Source: a virus. Taken from it: 64,000 bases of DNA. The position numbers and the translations under genes were made by a program. The notes beneath the pieces were generated by a model. The model saw nothing but the letters and a program-made list of their open reading frames with translations. It was not told the DNA's origin and searched no databases. Within the stretch, counting starts at the first letter, position 1. Every line of letters begins with the position of its first letter. The stretch lies in the IMG/VR virus record IMGVR_UViG_3300024052_000085, positions 14,759 to 78,758 of that record. One strand, written 5' to 3'. Positions 47,764 through 57,156 of this stretch are shown here, one piece after another.

Positions 47764-47974
47764 ACTAAAACTTAGAAAGATTAACGGTAAGCTATTTACT
47801 CCAAGATATATGGTTCCAGATAAGGAAGATATAGATATGTCTCGTCAAATAGAAGAAGAAATTTACTGTATTATTTGCACAAGCAGTAACATAACAGAAC
47901 GTAACTGTAAAGTAATTTGCAACAACTGCGGGTACACAAGAGACTGTAGCGACCCCTATATTAAAGGAGAATAA
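47753..47974 (+). CDS. Small zinc-ribbon protein
   Basis: CIIC...CKVICNNCGYTRDC. Confidence 0.6.
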   Translation: MLNKLKLRKINGKLFTPRYMVPDKEDIDMSRQIEEEIYCIICTSSNITERNCKVICNNCGYTRDCSDPYIKGE

Positions 47975-47977
47975 GAA

Positions 47978-48499
47978 ATGGAAATAACTAGTCAAGGTAA
48001 TGAATTAAAGACAGCCCTTAGTACTCAAGAAAATCTTCCTGAGGATGGACAAAAAATCTTATCTGTATTACAAAATGCTGATCAAGGATCGTCTCCTGAC
48101 GATTTAGCTTCTGTAATGGAAGATAAAGATGATTCGTTAGACTCCCAACAATGGGAAGAAGTAATAGAAGGTCTCAAAGATAGAAATCTCTTGGCCGATA
48201 GTGTCGGTTCTAGTTCTCTAGAAAATACTATGGGATCTATGGATCCTATAGGAGGCAGTGATACTCTGCAAGGTCATTCTGACGATGTAGGACATTTAAT
48301 GTTACGTCCTCGAAATATGCAAAATGCCTCTAAAGACTGTACACGTTGCGGATCACACTTTACAGGTCAAAGAGCTTTATCAGATATAGATCTTTGTGTA
48401 GCTTGCGCTAGTCAAGATGCTGAATCTACATGGGGTGCAATGGATGATACAATCTCAAATATGGGTCTAACTATCGAGCCAGGAGAATTTAGTATCTAA
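47978..48499 (+). CDS. Permuted wHTH plus zinc-finger protein
   Basis: ITSQG...ILSVL...LKDRNLL; CTRC...LCVAC. Confidence 0.55.
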   Translation: MEITSQGNELKTALSTQENLPEDGQKILSVLQNADQGSSPDDLASVMEDKDDSLDSQQWEEVIEGLKDRNLLADSVGSSSLENTMGSMDPIGGSDTLQGHSDDVGHLMLRPRNMQNASKDCTRCGSHFTGQRALSDIDLCVACASQDAESTWGAMDDTISNMGLTIEPGEFSI

Positions 48500-48954
48500 T
48501 GGCTGACTTTAGCAAACCGCCTGAAGGTGCTTTAGAAGTACTTTCGGCTGCCGCAGAGGTTATAACAGAAGCTACTGGCGGAGATACTGTTTATCTTTAT
48601 GGTAGTGCAGGAAGATACTATAAAGGTATTTCAGACCCAGGAATTAGAACTGTAGGTAGAAATAAAAGAATAGAACCAGGAAGAAGGTTCTCAGCTACTA
48701 GTGACTTTGATATAGGAATACAAACTGCAGATCCTAGAGATACTCTAGCTATATTAAACGAGCTGATAGCTGAAGGTAGAATACCTAGATTTATTCCTAG
48801 AACTATAATACCTAAAGGCGATATCCGTACAATCCAAAATAAAGGAAATTGGCCTTCAGGACATATTGTATCCTATATAATCCATGACGGTCTATTACAT
48901 GGAAGAGGTAAAGACCAATACATATTTGGAGATACCGAGGAATATAGAGTATAA
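48499..48954 (+). CDS. Minimal nucleotidyltransferase (Pol beta superfamily)
   Basis: VYLYGSA...SDFDIG. Confidence 0.7.
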   Translation: MADFSKPPEGALEVLSAAAEVITEATGGDTVYLYGSAGRYYKGISDPGIRTVGRNKRIEPGRRFSATSDFDIGIQTADPRDTLAILNELIAEGRIPRFIPRTIIPKGDIRTIQNKGNWPSGHIVSYIIHDGLLHGRGKDQYIFGDTEEYRV

Positions 48955-49343
48955 TGAATTTAAGCGAGTTATTTAAAATAGCATTGAAGAGCGGTGAGGA
49001 TAAAGCTTTACTTAATAAGACTCTTAATCCTCTACGTAGAGCTGGAACTCAACACATTTTACGTCCTAGATACGGTATTCTAACCTTTGGAAGTCTGTTA
49101 AATGCCTCTGAAGAAGAACATAATAAGTGGCTTCAACTAAGAAGAGATATGGACCATGGTAAAATAGATGTCACAGTAGAAGACATACTTGAAGCATATC
49201 CTGACTACTTCGAAAGATTACGTATTAGAGAGTTCGGGCCAAAGAAAGAGGAATACTTTATGTATCTTCTAGAAAGATATTATCAGCCCTCTAAGGACAT
49301 TTACGAAAGAAGAGATACCTACGGCGGAGAATACGATATCTAA
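48954..49343 (+). CDS. Hypothetical protein, tandem paralog A
   Basis: Aligns end to end with 49343..49747. Confidence 0.75.
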   Translation: MNLSELFKIALKSGEDKALLNKTLNPLRRAGTQHILRPRYGILTFGSLLNASEEEHNKWLQLRRDMDHGKIDVTVEDILEAYPDYFERLRIREFGPKKEEYFMYLLERYYQPSKDIYERRDTYGGEYDI

Positions 49344-49747
49344 TGTACTTATCAGAATTAAAACAAATAGCTTTAGAAAATGGTGAGAATAAATCAACGG
49401 TAACAAGAACCCTTGATACACTTCGAAGAAGTAGTATTCAATACATACTTGAACCTAAATACAGTATAAGAAGATCTCACAATTTTCGACACGGTGGATT
49501 TTCAATACATCCAGATGATCACGAACTTTATAAAAACCTTAGAAGAGATATAGAGCTAGGAAAAGCTGACGTTACTATAGATGAAATACTTGAAGAATGG
49601 CCAGAACCCTACGATAGATTAAAACTTCATAACTTTGGACCTCAAGCAGAAGCATTTTTCATGTATCTCCTAGAAAAGTATTATCAACCCTCTAGAGACC
49701 CTTATGCAAGTAGAGATACTTGGGGATATGGAGAATACGATATCTAA
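49343..49747 (+). CDS. Hypothetical protein, tandem paralog B
   Basis: LSEL..IAL..GE.K...LRR...FGP..E..FMYLLE.YYQPS.D.Y..RDT...GEYDI. Confidence 0.75.
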   Translation: MYLSELKQIALENGENKSTVTRTLDTLRRSSIQYILEPKYSIRRSHNFRHGGFSIHPDDHELYKNLRRDIELGKADVTIDEILEEWPEPYDRLKLHNFGPQAEAFFMYLLEKYYQPSRDPYASRDTWGYGEYDI

Positions 49748-50031
49748 TGGCTGGTAAAGAAATCTGGGACTTCCAAACTACGAAAGAAGGGGCAGACCAA
49801 GTTGAATCTGGTGCGTACCCTAAACTAACAGATGAAGAAACAGTTTGGGAAGAAGTTAATATCCTAAAACACATACATGCTGGATGGTTTACCGAAGATA
49901 TACTTAAAGAGCTAAACATGTCTTGGCAGAAAGATTATATACACTTTCGAAAACTAACCAGTCTTGGTTTAATAAAAACAAAAGAGCATTCTATGCCTTC
50001 AGCATTCAAAGATTTTGAGGTTCACTTTTAA
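49747..50031 (+). CDS. Permuted wHTH-like protein
   Basis: FQTTKEG...LTSLGLIK. Confidence 0.55.
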   Translation: MAGKEIWDFQTTKEGADQVESGAYPKLTDEETVWEEVNILKHIHAGWFTEDILKELNMSWQKDYIHFRKLTSLGLIKTKEHSMPSAFKDFEVHF

Positions 50032-50408
50032 TGAATAACTATCAAATAACGCCTAAAGGCGAAGACTTTGTAGAGGAATTTTATTCTCATTGGCAAGGAG
50101 CAGGAGATCCAGCAATAGCTATTACTTTTCTTTGGTGGTTAAGAGAGGATGGAGATTTTCAAAAACATTTCCAAGAAGTCTTAGAAAGATCAGACGAACA
50201 AAAAGCTATACAAATGGTTCAATGGGCCGTAGACAAAGGATACCTTGCAACTCTTACACCAACACGTGCTCAGATTGAGTATCTGTCATACATTAATAGT
50301 CCTCGAGCAAGGCATAGAGATCAACAATATCGAGACTACATCAAGAATTCTACTAAAGCACAAAAACTCTTGCTCGATAAATCAGTGCGAGATATAAAGC
50401 CTGAATGA
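50031..50408 (+). CDS. Permuted wHTH-like protein
   Basis: YQITPKG...AVDKGYL. Confidence 0.55.
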   Translation: MNNYQITPKGEDFVEEFYSHWQGAGDPAIAITFLWWLREDGDFQKHFQEVLERSDEQKAIQMVQWAVDKGYLATLTPTRAQIEYLSYINSPRARHRDQQYRDYIKNSTKAQKLLLDKSVRDIKPE

Positions 50409-51319
50409 GATATTTCGAAGACAAAGCTATTGATCCTCCTAAGAGAAAAGAAGTTCCTATAAAGAAGGAATCTAAACTCTTTGTAAGTGCAAGAAGAGTA
50501 CTTGCTCCCTTAATGAGACCTCTTATTGAGAGAGTACCTCTCTTTAGAATGCTTGTACTTAAGATGGTTAGCTCATCTCCTACTCAACAATTTAGAGGTT
50601 TGGAATACCAAGTACATCCTAAAGATTTAGGAGTTACTTTCGAATTAGCCTCTACTGGTAAATATGAAACATTAAGCTTAAACACTTTTCTTGATTCCAT
50701 ACAAATCGAAGACACAGTTATAGACGTTGGAGCTCATATAGGTTTGTATACAATTCCTTTATCTCAAAAAGTAGGTTACAGAGGTAAGGTAATAAGTTTT
50801 GAACCACATCCAGATAACTATGAATTATTAAAGAAGAATACTTCAACCCATAAATGTAGCAATGTTACCTTAATGAATGCAGCTCTTAGAAACTTCGAAG
50901 GTGAATCAGATCTTCTAGCTTCCGATTATAATACCGGAGATCACAGTTTCCACGGGCTAGGAAATAGAAAGTCTATCAAAGTACAATGTACTACCTTAGA
51001 CAATGTTATTAGCCCAGGAGAAAAAGTTTCAGCTATAAAAATAGATGTACAAGGTGGCGAAGCAGAAACTATTCAAGGAATGAAAAGAGTACTTTCAGAC
51101 AACCCAAGAATGACTATACTCTGGGAGCTATCACCTGAACAAATGGGTAAATTTGGATTCAGCCCTCTCGAATTTCTAAATTACTTACAATCAATAGGCT
51201 TTTACTCTAGTACAATAAATGAAGAATCTGGAGAGGTAGAACAAAGAGAACCTCAAGAGATTTTAGATAATTGTCCTAAGAGATCTTATGTTAATGTAAT
51301 ATCTAAAAGGTGGTTTTAG
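50405..51319 (+). CDS. FkbM-family methyltransferase
   Basis: IDVGAHIG.Y, FEP, NAAL, TTLD, IKIDVQGGE. Confidence 0.9.
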   Translation: MRYFEDKAIDPPKRKEVPIKKESKLFVSARRVLAPLMRPLIERVPLFRMLVLKMVSSSPTQQFRGLEYQVHPKDLGVTFELASTGKYETLSLNTFLDSIQIEDTVIDVGAHIGLYTIPLSQKVGYRGKVISFEPHPDNYELLKKNTSTHKCSNVTLMNAALRNFEGESDLLASDYNTGDHSFHGLGNRKSIKVQCTTLDNVISPGEKVSAIKIDVQGGEAETIQGMKRVLSDNPRMTILWELSPEQMGKFGFSPLEFLNYLQSIGFYSSTINEESGEVEQREPQEILDNCPKRSYVNVISKRWF

Positions 51320-51669
51320 TTATGTCTAACAATCCTTTAGATTGGTCTCAAGATGAGCTAATAGAAAAAGTCAACGCACGAATAGATAGTCGTGTTATTT
51401 ATGGTTATTATAACGTAACAGCTAGAGCTCCTTCTTCAGTATTACAATGGAGTAATGCTAGCGAAGAATGGTGGATAAATCAATTAATAGGACGCTTGAA
51501 GAAAGGTGAGTCAAGAGAACTAGATGCTAATCAGATTTTAGTTCCAGGTCTTTTAAGAGATATAAAAGAGATCATTCCCCACTTACAACCTTTACCTTTA
51601 CACTCTTCTGGACCTAGAGGTGGATCTTACGAACATAAAGTAGATCTCGAAGAATGGAGAATTACTTAG
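51310..51669 (+). CDS. Hypothetical protein
   Basis: ORF in operon; start may be 51322. Confidence 0.55.
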   Translation: MVLVMSNNPLDWSQDELIEKVNARIDSRVIYGYYNVTARAPSSVLQWSNASEEWWINQLIGRLKKGESRELDANQILVPGLLRDIKEIIPHLQPLPLHSSGPRGGSYEHKVDLEEWRIT

Positions 51670-51710
51670 ATTCAGATTTATGATATTCTTTATTCCGAAA
51701 TGATCCTAGT

Positions 51711-51736
51711 AGCATCAGATTAAAATAAGGTATTAT
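51711..51736 (+). promoter_or_regulatory. Virus-specific promoter motif
   Basis: AGCATCAGATTAAA-N6-TATTAT. Confidence 0.6.
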
Positions 51737-51784
51737 TAAATAAATCAAACGCTCTAGCTAAAAATAAAAAGTTCGGAATGGTGG

Positions 51785-53197
51785 ATGATTAAATTAGACG
51801 AAATACTTTACGATTACCAAAGAGAAGATTCGCAGTCAATGGTTGCAGATCCTTACAAGATGAACGGATCAGAAATGGGTACAGGTAAGACAGAGGTAGC
51901 AATAAAGACGGTGATGGATTCCGGAGCTAAGAAAGTATTAATAGTAGCTCCAGGCGGTATGATATTAGAATGGAGAGATCGTCTCTATAAATATGGTGAA
52001 GAAGATGTCGTACTACCTAAATCAGGGCAAGGATACAAATTAGATAAAGATCACTTCATGCATAAGTACCTTATAGTAAACTATGAGATGCTTAGAGTAC
52101 CTCCTGTTAGAAGAGGTAGAAGAAAGAAGAATGCAGTTACTCCAAAAAACTATATCAACGTAATTGAAATACCTCGTTGGGATGCAATCATATTTGATGA
52201 AGCACATAGATTGAAAAATAGAGATGCTCAGCAGACTAGAGGAGCTGTGCAACTATTAGATTCTGACAGACCTAGAGTACATATGTTATCAGGAACTATG
52301 TTCCTTAACTATCCAAATGAACTATGGTCAATGTTAAATATGTTACACCCTGAAGATTATGATAGTTATGAAGACTTTGTATATCAGTATTGCATAACAA
52401 TACCTTCACATTGGGGTCCTAGAATAATAGGAGCTAAAAAGAAGAATCTACCAGAACTGCGAGAACGCTTAGATAAGCTAATGATAAGAAGAGAGAAGGA
52501 AGATGTACTTAAAGATCTTCCTCCTAAAACTTATAGAGAAATACCTTTAGCTATGGACCCTAAGCAACAGAAAGTTTATAAAGATCTTGAAACAGACTTA
52601 TGGGCATATTTAGAAACTGGAGAAAGTATTACAGCACCTAATGGTTTAGCTCTTACAATGAAACTGAGACAAGTATCTTTAGATCCTCAATTGTTAGGAG
52701 CCGAGATTCCTTCTCCCAAAACGAAAGCATTAAAAGAGTTAGTATCTGACATAGTAGATTCGGGAAAGAAAGTAGCTGTATTCTCTTGGTTTGCAAGCTA
52801 TCTAGAAATACTAAGAAACGAATTCAAAGATTATAAAGTAGAACTTATATCAGGTCAGTCAGGTAAAGAAGAAGAGAGGCGAGAGTCTAGATTAAGATTT
52901 CAAGAAGGAGAATCCGAAATAATGTTAGGTTCTATATCTACAATGATAGGTATAGATCTTACAGCAGCGGATATATGTATCTTCACAGATAGATTTTGGG
53001 TACCCAATACTAATTTCCAAGCTGAAGATAGACTACACAGATTAGGTCAAAAAGGAAACGTCTTAGTTATTGATCTTGTAATGGAAAACTCTATAGATCA
53101 AGATATGAGAACAGTATTAAAACGAAAGAGTGCTGCATTCAACGAAACAATATCAATACAGAGAACTATAGAATTAATGCAAGAGAGACGGGGTTAA
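51785..53197 (+). CDS. SNF2-family helicase/ATPase
   Basis: EMGTGKT, NYE, FDEAHRLKN, LSGT, QAEDRLHRLGQ. Confidence 0.9.
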   Translation: MIKLDEILYDYQREDSQSMVADPYKMNGSEMGTGKTEVAIKTVMDSGAKKVLIVAPGGMILEWRDRLYKYGEEDVVLPKSGQGYKLDKDHFMHKYLIVNYEMLRVPPVRRGRRKKNAVTPKNYINVIEIPRWDAIIFDEAHRLKNRDAQQTRGAVQLLDSDRPRVHMLSGTMFLNYPNELWSMLNMLHPEDYDSYEDFVYQYCITIPSHWGPRIIGAKKKNLPELRERLDKLMIRREKEDVLKDLPPKTYREIPLAMDPKQQKVYKDLETDLWAYLETGESITAPNGLALTMKLRQVSLDPQLLGAEIPSPKTKALKELVSDIVDSGKKVAVFSWFASYLEILRNEFKDYKVELISGQSGKEEERRESRLRFQEGESEIMLGSISTMIGIDLTAADICIFTDRFWVPNTNFQAEDRLHRLGQKGNVLVIDLVMENSIDQDMRTVLKRKSAAFNETISIQRTIELMQERRG

Positions 53198-53200
53198 ACT

Positions 53201-53608
53201 ATGACACTTAAATCATTTTTTCAGGATGGGGGAATAGGCCGATCAATATTCCAAGGAGCAAAAAGTTTAAGTCAATCTTCAGCTACAGGAATATCTGCAG
53301 CCGCAGGTACTGTACAAGGAGCAGTAGCCCCAAGTAAAGCTAAACTTGAGTCTTTTTGGCCTACACAAAAGGGTCGTGAATATTTAGAAGAGCTAGAATC
53401 TTCAGGTCAGATTCAAGATCAAAATCATTGGGTCTTTCAATTATTAAGTGGTCAAGGTCAGACAACTCAATCATATCTTAATAAAATGATGAGTGAGCAT
53501 AATTATAAGGGATCGAGAAACCAGTTAATAAAAAATGTAAACGAGATGTATAGTGCTGATTACATTACAGCAAATAGTCAACAAGAAGAAGAAGAAGTAG
53601 CATTTTAG
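53201..53608 (+). CDS. Permuted wHTH-like protein
   Basis: FWPTQKGREYLE...ADYIT. Confidence 0.55.
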   Translation: MTLKSFFQDGGIGRSIFQGAKSLSQSSATGISAAAGTVQGAVAPSKAKLESFWPTQKGREYLEELESSGQIQDQNHWVFQLLSGQGQTTQSYLNKMMSEHNYKGSRNQLIKNVNEMYSADYITANSQQEEEEVAF

Positions 53609-53941
53609 ATGTCCAAGAATTTAAAACATTTAGATAGGACACTGTCAAAGTTCTTTGATAAGATTGGAGTTCCTAGACTAGATCAATTCGACAAAAGCTT
53701 TAATCGTCAATGGCAAGGAGTAAAGAATTATAAAATAAAGGACACACGTTCTATAGAAGTATCTATGGCTTTCACGTTGGGTTTTGTCGTAGTTGTTATA
53801 GCATCTAGTATTGCATTAATGGCCTTAGATATACCTGATGCAGCTAAAGACGGACTCAGGCTAACTACTTTTATATGTGTCGTAGGTTTACTTTGCCTAG
53901 GTATAAATACTGCTTTCAAGAAAATTATAGGAGATAAATAA
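53609..53941 (+). CDS. Two-TM membrane protein
   Basis: Hydrophobicity. Confidence 0.65.
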   Translation: MSKNLKHLDRTLSKFFDKIGVPRLDQFDKSFNRQWQGVKNYKIKDTRSIEVSMAFTLGFVVVVIASSIALMALDIPDAAKDGLRLTTFICVVGLLCLGINTAFKKIIGDK

Positions 53942-53942
53942 C

Positions 53943-54077
53943 ATGCCAAAAAAGAAAAGAGCTTCCTCTAAAAAGCCTTTTGGAAAAGTTCTCTGGGGGG
54001 CTAATAAAGTAAGTGATGGAATGGGTTTTTCCAAGAAGGGAAAGCTTCGAAAAGCCTTCTCAAGAGTTAAGTTCTAG
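53943..54077 (+). CDS. Small basic protein (44 aa, not in the ORF track)
   Basis: AGGAG RBS; MPKKKRASSKKPFGKVLWG...KKGKLRKAFSRVKF. Confidence 0.6.
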   Translation: MPKKKRASSKKPFGKVLWGANKVSDGMGFSKKGKLRKAFSRVKF

Positions 54078-54087
54078 AGTAGTTAAA

Positions 54088-54123
54088 GGTGGGTCTTAGG
54101 TAATACTGAGGCCCACCCTTATT
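54088..54123 (+). terminator. Intrinsic terminator-like hairpin
   Basis: GGTGGGTCTTAG/CTGAGGCCCACC stem. Confidence 0.65.
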
Positions 54124-54133
54124 GGAGTATATA

Positions 54134-55612
54134 ATGGCAAGAAAAGCAAAAAGATCCGCAATAGATCCTCTAGGCAGTTATTTTGTACGCATTACAGTAT
54201 CTGGACGTAATCTAGATGATGTCGATGACTGGTCCAAGAGTCTAACAGCATTCACCAACAATATAATAGTTCCTTACAACTCTGTAATGGGAATAGAAGA
54301 CAAACAGGAACGAGATGCTGGATATGATATAAGTGAACGCGAAGGTCGGACAGTCTTAAGATTTATACTAGGTGTTTCCGCAGGTCCAAATCATTCAATA
54401 TTTTCAAACTCATCTCAAGCTGAATTAAGTGCCAAAAGAATTGTTGAAACAGAAGCTTACGATGACCGTGGAAATTCTTCAGGTTCTGCTTTTTTAATGC
54501 CTCTAAAAATAGATGCTTGGGAAACAATGTTGCATACTTTTAGAGCTCAAAAATGGTGGACTTTCGGAAGTGAAAAGAAACCTGTAAAGCCAATAGTAAC
54601 TTATATAGCTTCAAATGCTGCAGGTACTGACGAATGGTTCGACTATGCTCTTTCTGACCCGGGACTATTTGGTGCCGAGAAGGGTCCTCAACTTCTAACA
54701 CAAGAACAGTTCGCGGCGATACAATTAGAACCTTATGGACTAGAACATCTTGGACCCGACTTTCGTAAATATGCTGCACCTCTAATAGAAGAAGAAATAA
54801 AGAGATTAGAAGACGACGGTACTACTGTAGTAGATCGTCCTTTTCGTAGAGTAGACCTTGAAACTTCAAAATTACCTGTAAGACTCAGACCTGACTTTAT
54901 TAGTAAACTCATAGAAGGATATGAGAATCTACTCGATGATAAAGGTAAACTAAATGTAGAAGGAAAAAAGGTAGCTAGAGATCCTGAACAAGCACGTCCT
55001 TGGGAATATTTCGTAAGAGACCCTGAAAGATATCCTGAAGATCAAGGACGTATGTATTGGGACGTATTAGGATTACCTAGAGGAAGAGATTCTAAAGAAT
55101 CTACAGACCCTGTAAAGTATCGTAAAGTTAGAACTGCTTGGACTAATTCTACAGAGTACGGAAAACAATATCATCTACAGTGGAACCGAGGTGAGTCTAA
55201 TAAAAGAGTCCAGAACCTTTATGATACTTCTACAAAAGGTAGAGAAAGAAAACAAGCATATAAGGACTCTGAAGGTGGTAAAGAAGCATCAAAACTATAT
55301 CAGAAGAGAAAGAGAGTAAGAGATAAGATATATAGAACTCTGTTTCAAGAAATACATCCCATAACAAATGAAACATGGACAGAACTACAAGTAGATTATT
55401 ACATATGGGATAATTATGGTGATCATCTCTTAAGAGAACAATGGCTCAAAGGAGAAGACTTTTTCCTTTACGGGCCTGATGCTCAGAAGAAAGTAGGAAG
55501 ATCTAGTATGCTAGGAAAGTGGGGTGCGCATACGAGACCCTCTAAAATATCTCCTGAAAGTTTAGATTACCACGATGGGTATACAAATCCAGAAATAAAA
55601 GTTGAAGAGTAG
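54134..55612 (+). CDS. Hypothetical protein
   Basis: GGAG RBS; repeated Y..S..G.E...Y motifs near the C-terminus. Confidence 0.65.
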   Translation: MARKAKRSAIDPLGSYFVRITVSGRNLDDVDDWSKSLTAFTNNIIVPYNSVMGIEDKQERDAGYDISEREGRTVLRFILGVSAGPNHSIFSNSSQAELSAKRIVETEAYDDRGNSSGSAFLMPLKIDAWETMLHTFRAQKWWTFGSEKKPVKPIVTYIASNAAGTDEWFDYALSDPGLFGAEKGPQLLTQEQFAAIQLEPYGLEHLGPDFRKYAAPLIEEEIKRLEDDGTTVVDRPFRRVDLETSKLPVRLRPDFISKLIEGYENLLDDKGKLNVEGKKVARDPEQARPWEYFVRDPERYPEDQGRMYWDVLGLPRGRDSKESTDPVKYRKVRTAWTNSTEYGKQYHLQWNRGESNKRVQNLYDTSTKGRERKQAYKDSEGGKEASKLYQKRKRVRDKIYRTLFQEIHPITNETWTELQVDYYIWDNYGDHLLREQWLKGEDFFLYGPDAQKKVGRSSMLGKWGAHTRPSKISPESLDYHDGYTNPEIKVEE

Positions 55613-55622
55613 GAGAGAATAA

Positions 55623-56036
55623 ATGGTTCACAAGTTAACTTCTAGCGTAACTAAGATAATGAATTTCGAATACGGTCATAGAATATTAAATCACCCTGGA
55701 AAGTGTAAAAGACTTCATGGACATTCAGGAAGGGTCGAATTCACTCTCTGGGGGGATGTAGATCCAGAAACAGGTATGGTAATTGATTTCGGAGATATCA
55801 ATTCTACAGTAGGAGATTATTTAAAAAATACATTAGATCATAGAACGATTCTACAAGAGGGCGACTCTCTAATAGAAAATCTTCCATTCGAAGACATTAT
55901 AACTATGAAAGGACCTCCGACAGCGGAAAATATTTCATTATTAATATTAAAGCAATCATCTCCCTTATTTCCTAACAAGCAAATAAAAGTACGTCTATGG
56001 GAAACAGAAGACTCTTTTGCAGAGTGCTCTTTGTGA
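55623..56036 (+). CDS. queD: 6-carboxytetrahydropterin synthase QueD
   Basis: FEYGHR, CKRLHGHS, GMVIDF, LDH, PTAEN, WET. Confidence 0.92.
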   Translation: MVHKLTSSVTKIMNFEYGHRILNHPGKCKRLHGHSGRVEFTLWGDVDPETGMVIDFGDINSTVGDYLKNTLDHRTILQEGDSLIENLPFEDIITMKGPPTAENISLLILKQSSPLFPNKQIKVRLWETEDSFAECSL

Positions 56037-56278
56037 TTTTCCTAGACAATCCTATCATAGATTTAATAAAGCATAATCTTACTATCTACGGAGTAATTTC
56101 AAGAGATAAAGAACCTAGTACCGAAACAATTACGAGTTGGGCTTTTCTTAAAAAGCCAGTATATAGAATGACCTGCATTATATGTAATAAGAACTACTGG
56201 GGCAGATATAACCCCAAATATGAGTTGTGTGGGAGGTTCGACTGTTACAAGAAAAATAAAAATCTAGCATCAGATTAA
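55997..56278 (+). CDS. Small zinc-finger protein
   Basis: CIIC...LCGRFDC; start uncertain. Confidence 0.5.
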   Translation: MGNRRLFCRVLFVIFLDNPIIDLIKHNLTIYGVISRDKEPSTETITSWAFLKKPVYRMTCIICNKNYWGRYNPKYELCGRFDCYKKNKNLASD

Positions 56279-56317
56279 AAACACCTAATAGATTTAAAAG
56301 CAATTATCAATTATAAT
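56266..56317 (+). promoter_or_regulatory. Promoter region with virus-specific motif
   Basis: AGCATCAGATTAAA at 56266; TATAAT at 56312; AAGGAGGT RBS downstream. Confidence 0.5.
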
Positions 56318-56351
56318 AACTATAAGTTAAATTAAAGGAGGTCATTTTTCA

Positions 56352-56630
56352 ATGACTACACGACGTTCACAGGAAACAGGAGACTCTGGACTTCCAGCTG
56401 ACATTGATGCTCTATTGGAAAAACAGATCAAAGCTGAACAAACTCGTAAGGCTTATCAACAGCGTCCCGATGTCCAGGAAAAGCGTAAGGACTATCAGTC
56501 CAAGCAAAACGAGCAGCGTAAGATCGCTCGTGCAGCTATGAAAGGAGATATGGTAGCTTTGGCCGCAATGGGTTATGATGAAGCCACCGCTCAGGGTCTC
56601 GTAGACCGAGCCAAACAACTAGCTAGCTAG
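56352..56630 (+). CDS. Probably highly expressed helical protein
   Basis: Strong RBS, CGT-rich codons, downstream hairpin. Confidence 0.75.
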   Translation: MTTRRSQETGDSGLPADIDALLEKQIKAEQTRKAYQQRPDVQEKRKDYQSKQNEQRKIARAAMKGDMVALAAMGYDEATAQGLVDRAKQLAS

Positions 56631-56667
56631 AAATTCTCCGGCTTCACCAACCCCACTCCTGCATTTG

Positions 56668-56700
56668 GGCGGCTTCTTTCTTATCTAGATTGAAGTCGCC
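56668..56700 (+). terminator. Hairpin after 56352..56630
   Basis: GGCGGCTTC...GAAGTCGCC. Confidence 0.5.
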
Positions 56701-56721
56701 TAAATGTTTATTAAGAGGATC

Positions 56722-57156
56722 ATGGTACAAATAAAAGTTAAGATTACAGATAAAAAAGCAACAATACCAACTTACGCAACCTCGGGATCTTCAGGCTTCG
56801 ACTTCTATTGTATAAACGAAACATTAATACCTCCGAATACTTGGAGAATGATAATTCCAGGATTCAATGTACAGGTACCTGAAGGCTACGAATTACAAAT
56901 AAGATCAAGATCCGGAGTAGCAATAGATCACGGACTAATAGTACTCAATCAGCCAGGAACGGTTGATAGCGACTATCGAGGACCTTTAGGTATTGTTATT
57001 TGGAATATTACAAACATGGCTATGACTATAGAAGAAGGAACTAGAATAGCTCAAGGAGTAATTTGCCCTGTAGTTAGAGCTGAATTTGTGCTAGTAGACG
57101 AATTAACAAATACCGTTCGAGGAGAGGGAGGATTCGGTTCTACTGGTAAATCATGA
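56722..57156 (+). CDS. dut: Trimeric dUTPase
   Basis: SGFD, RSRSG, GTVDSDYRG, RIAQG, RGEGGFGSTG. Confidence 0.95.
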   Translation: MVQIKVKITDKKATIPTYATSGSSGFDFYCINETLIPPNTWRMIIPGFNVQVPEGYELQIRSRSGVAIDHGLIVLNQPGTVDSDYRGPLGIVIWNITNMAMTIEEGTRIAQGVICPVVRAEFVLVDELTNTVRGEGGFGSTGKS

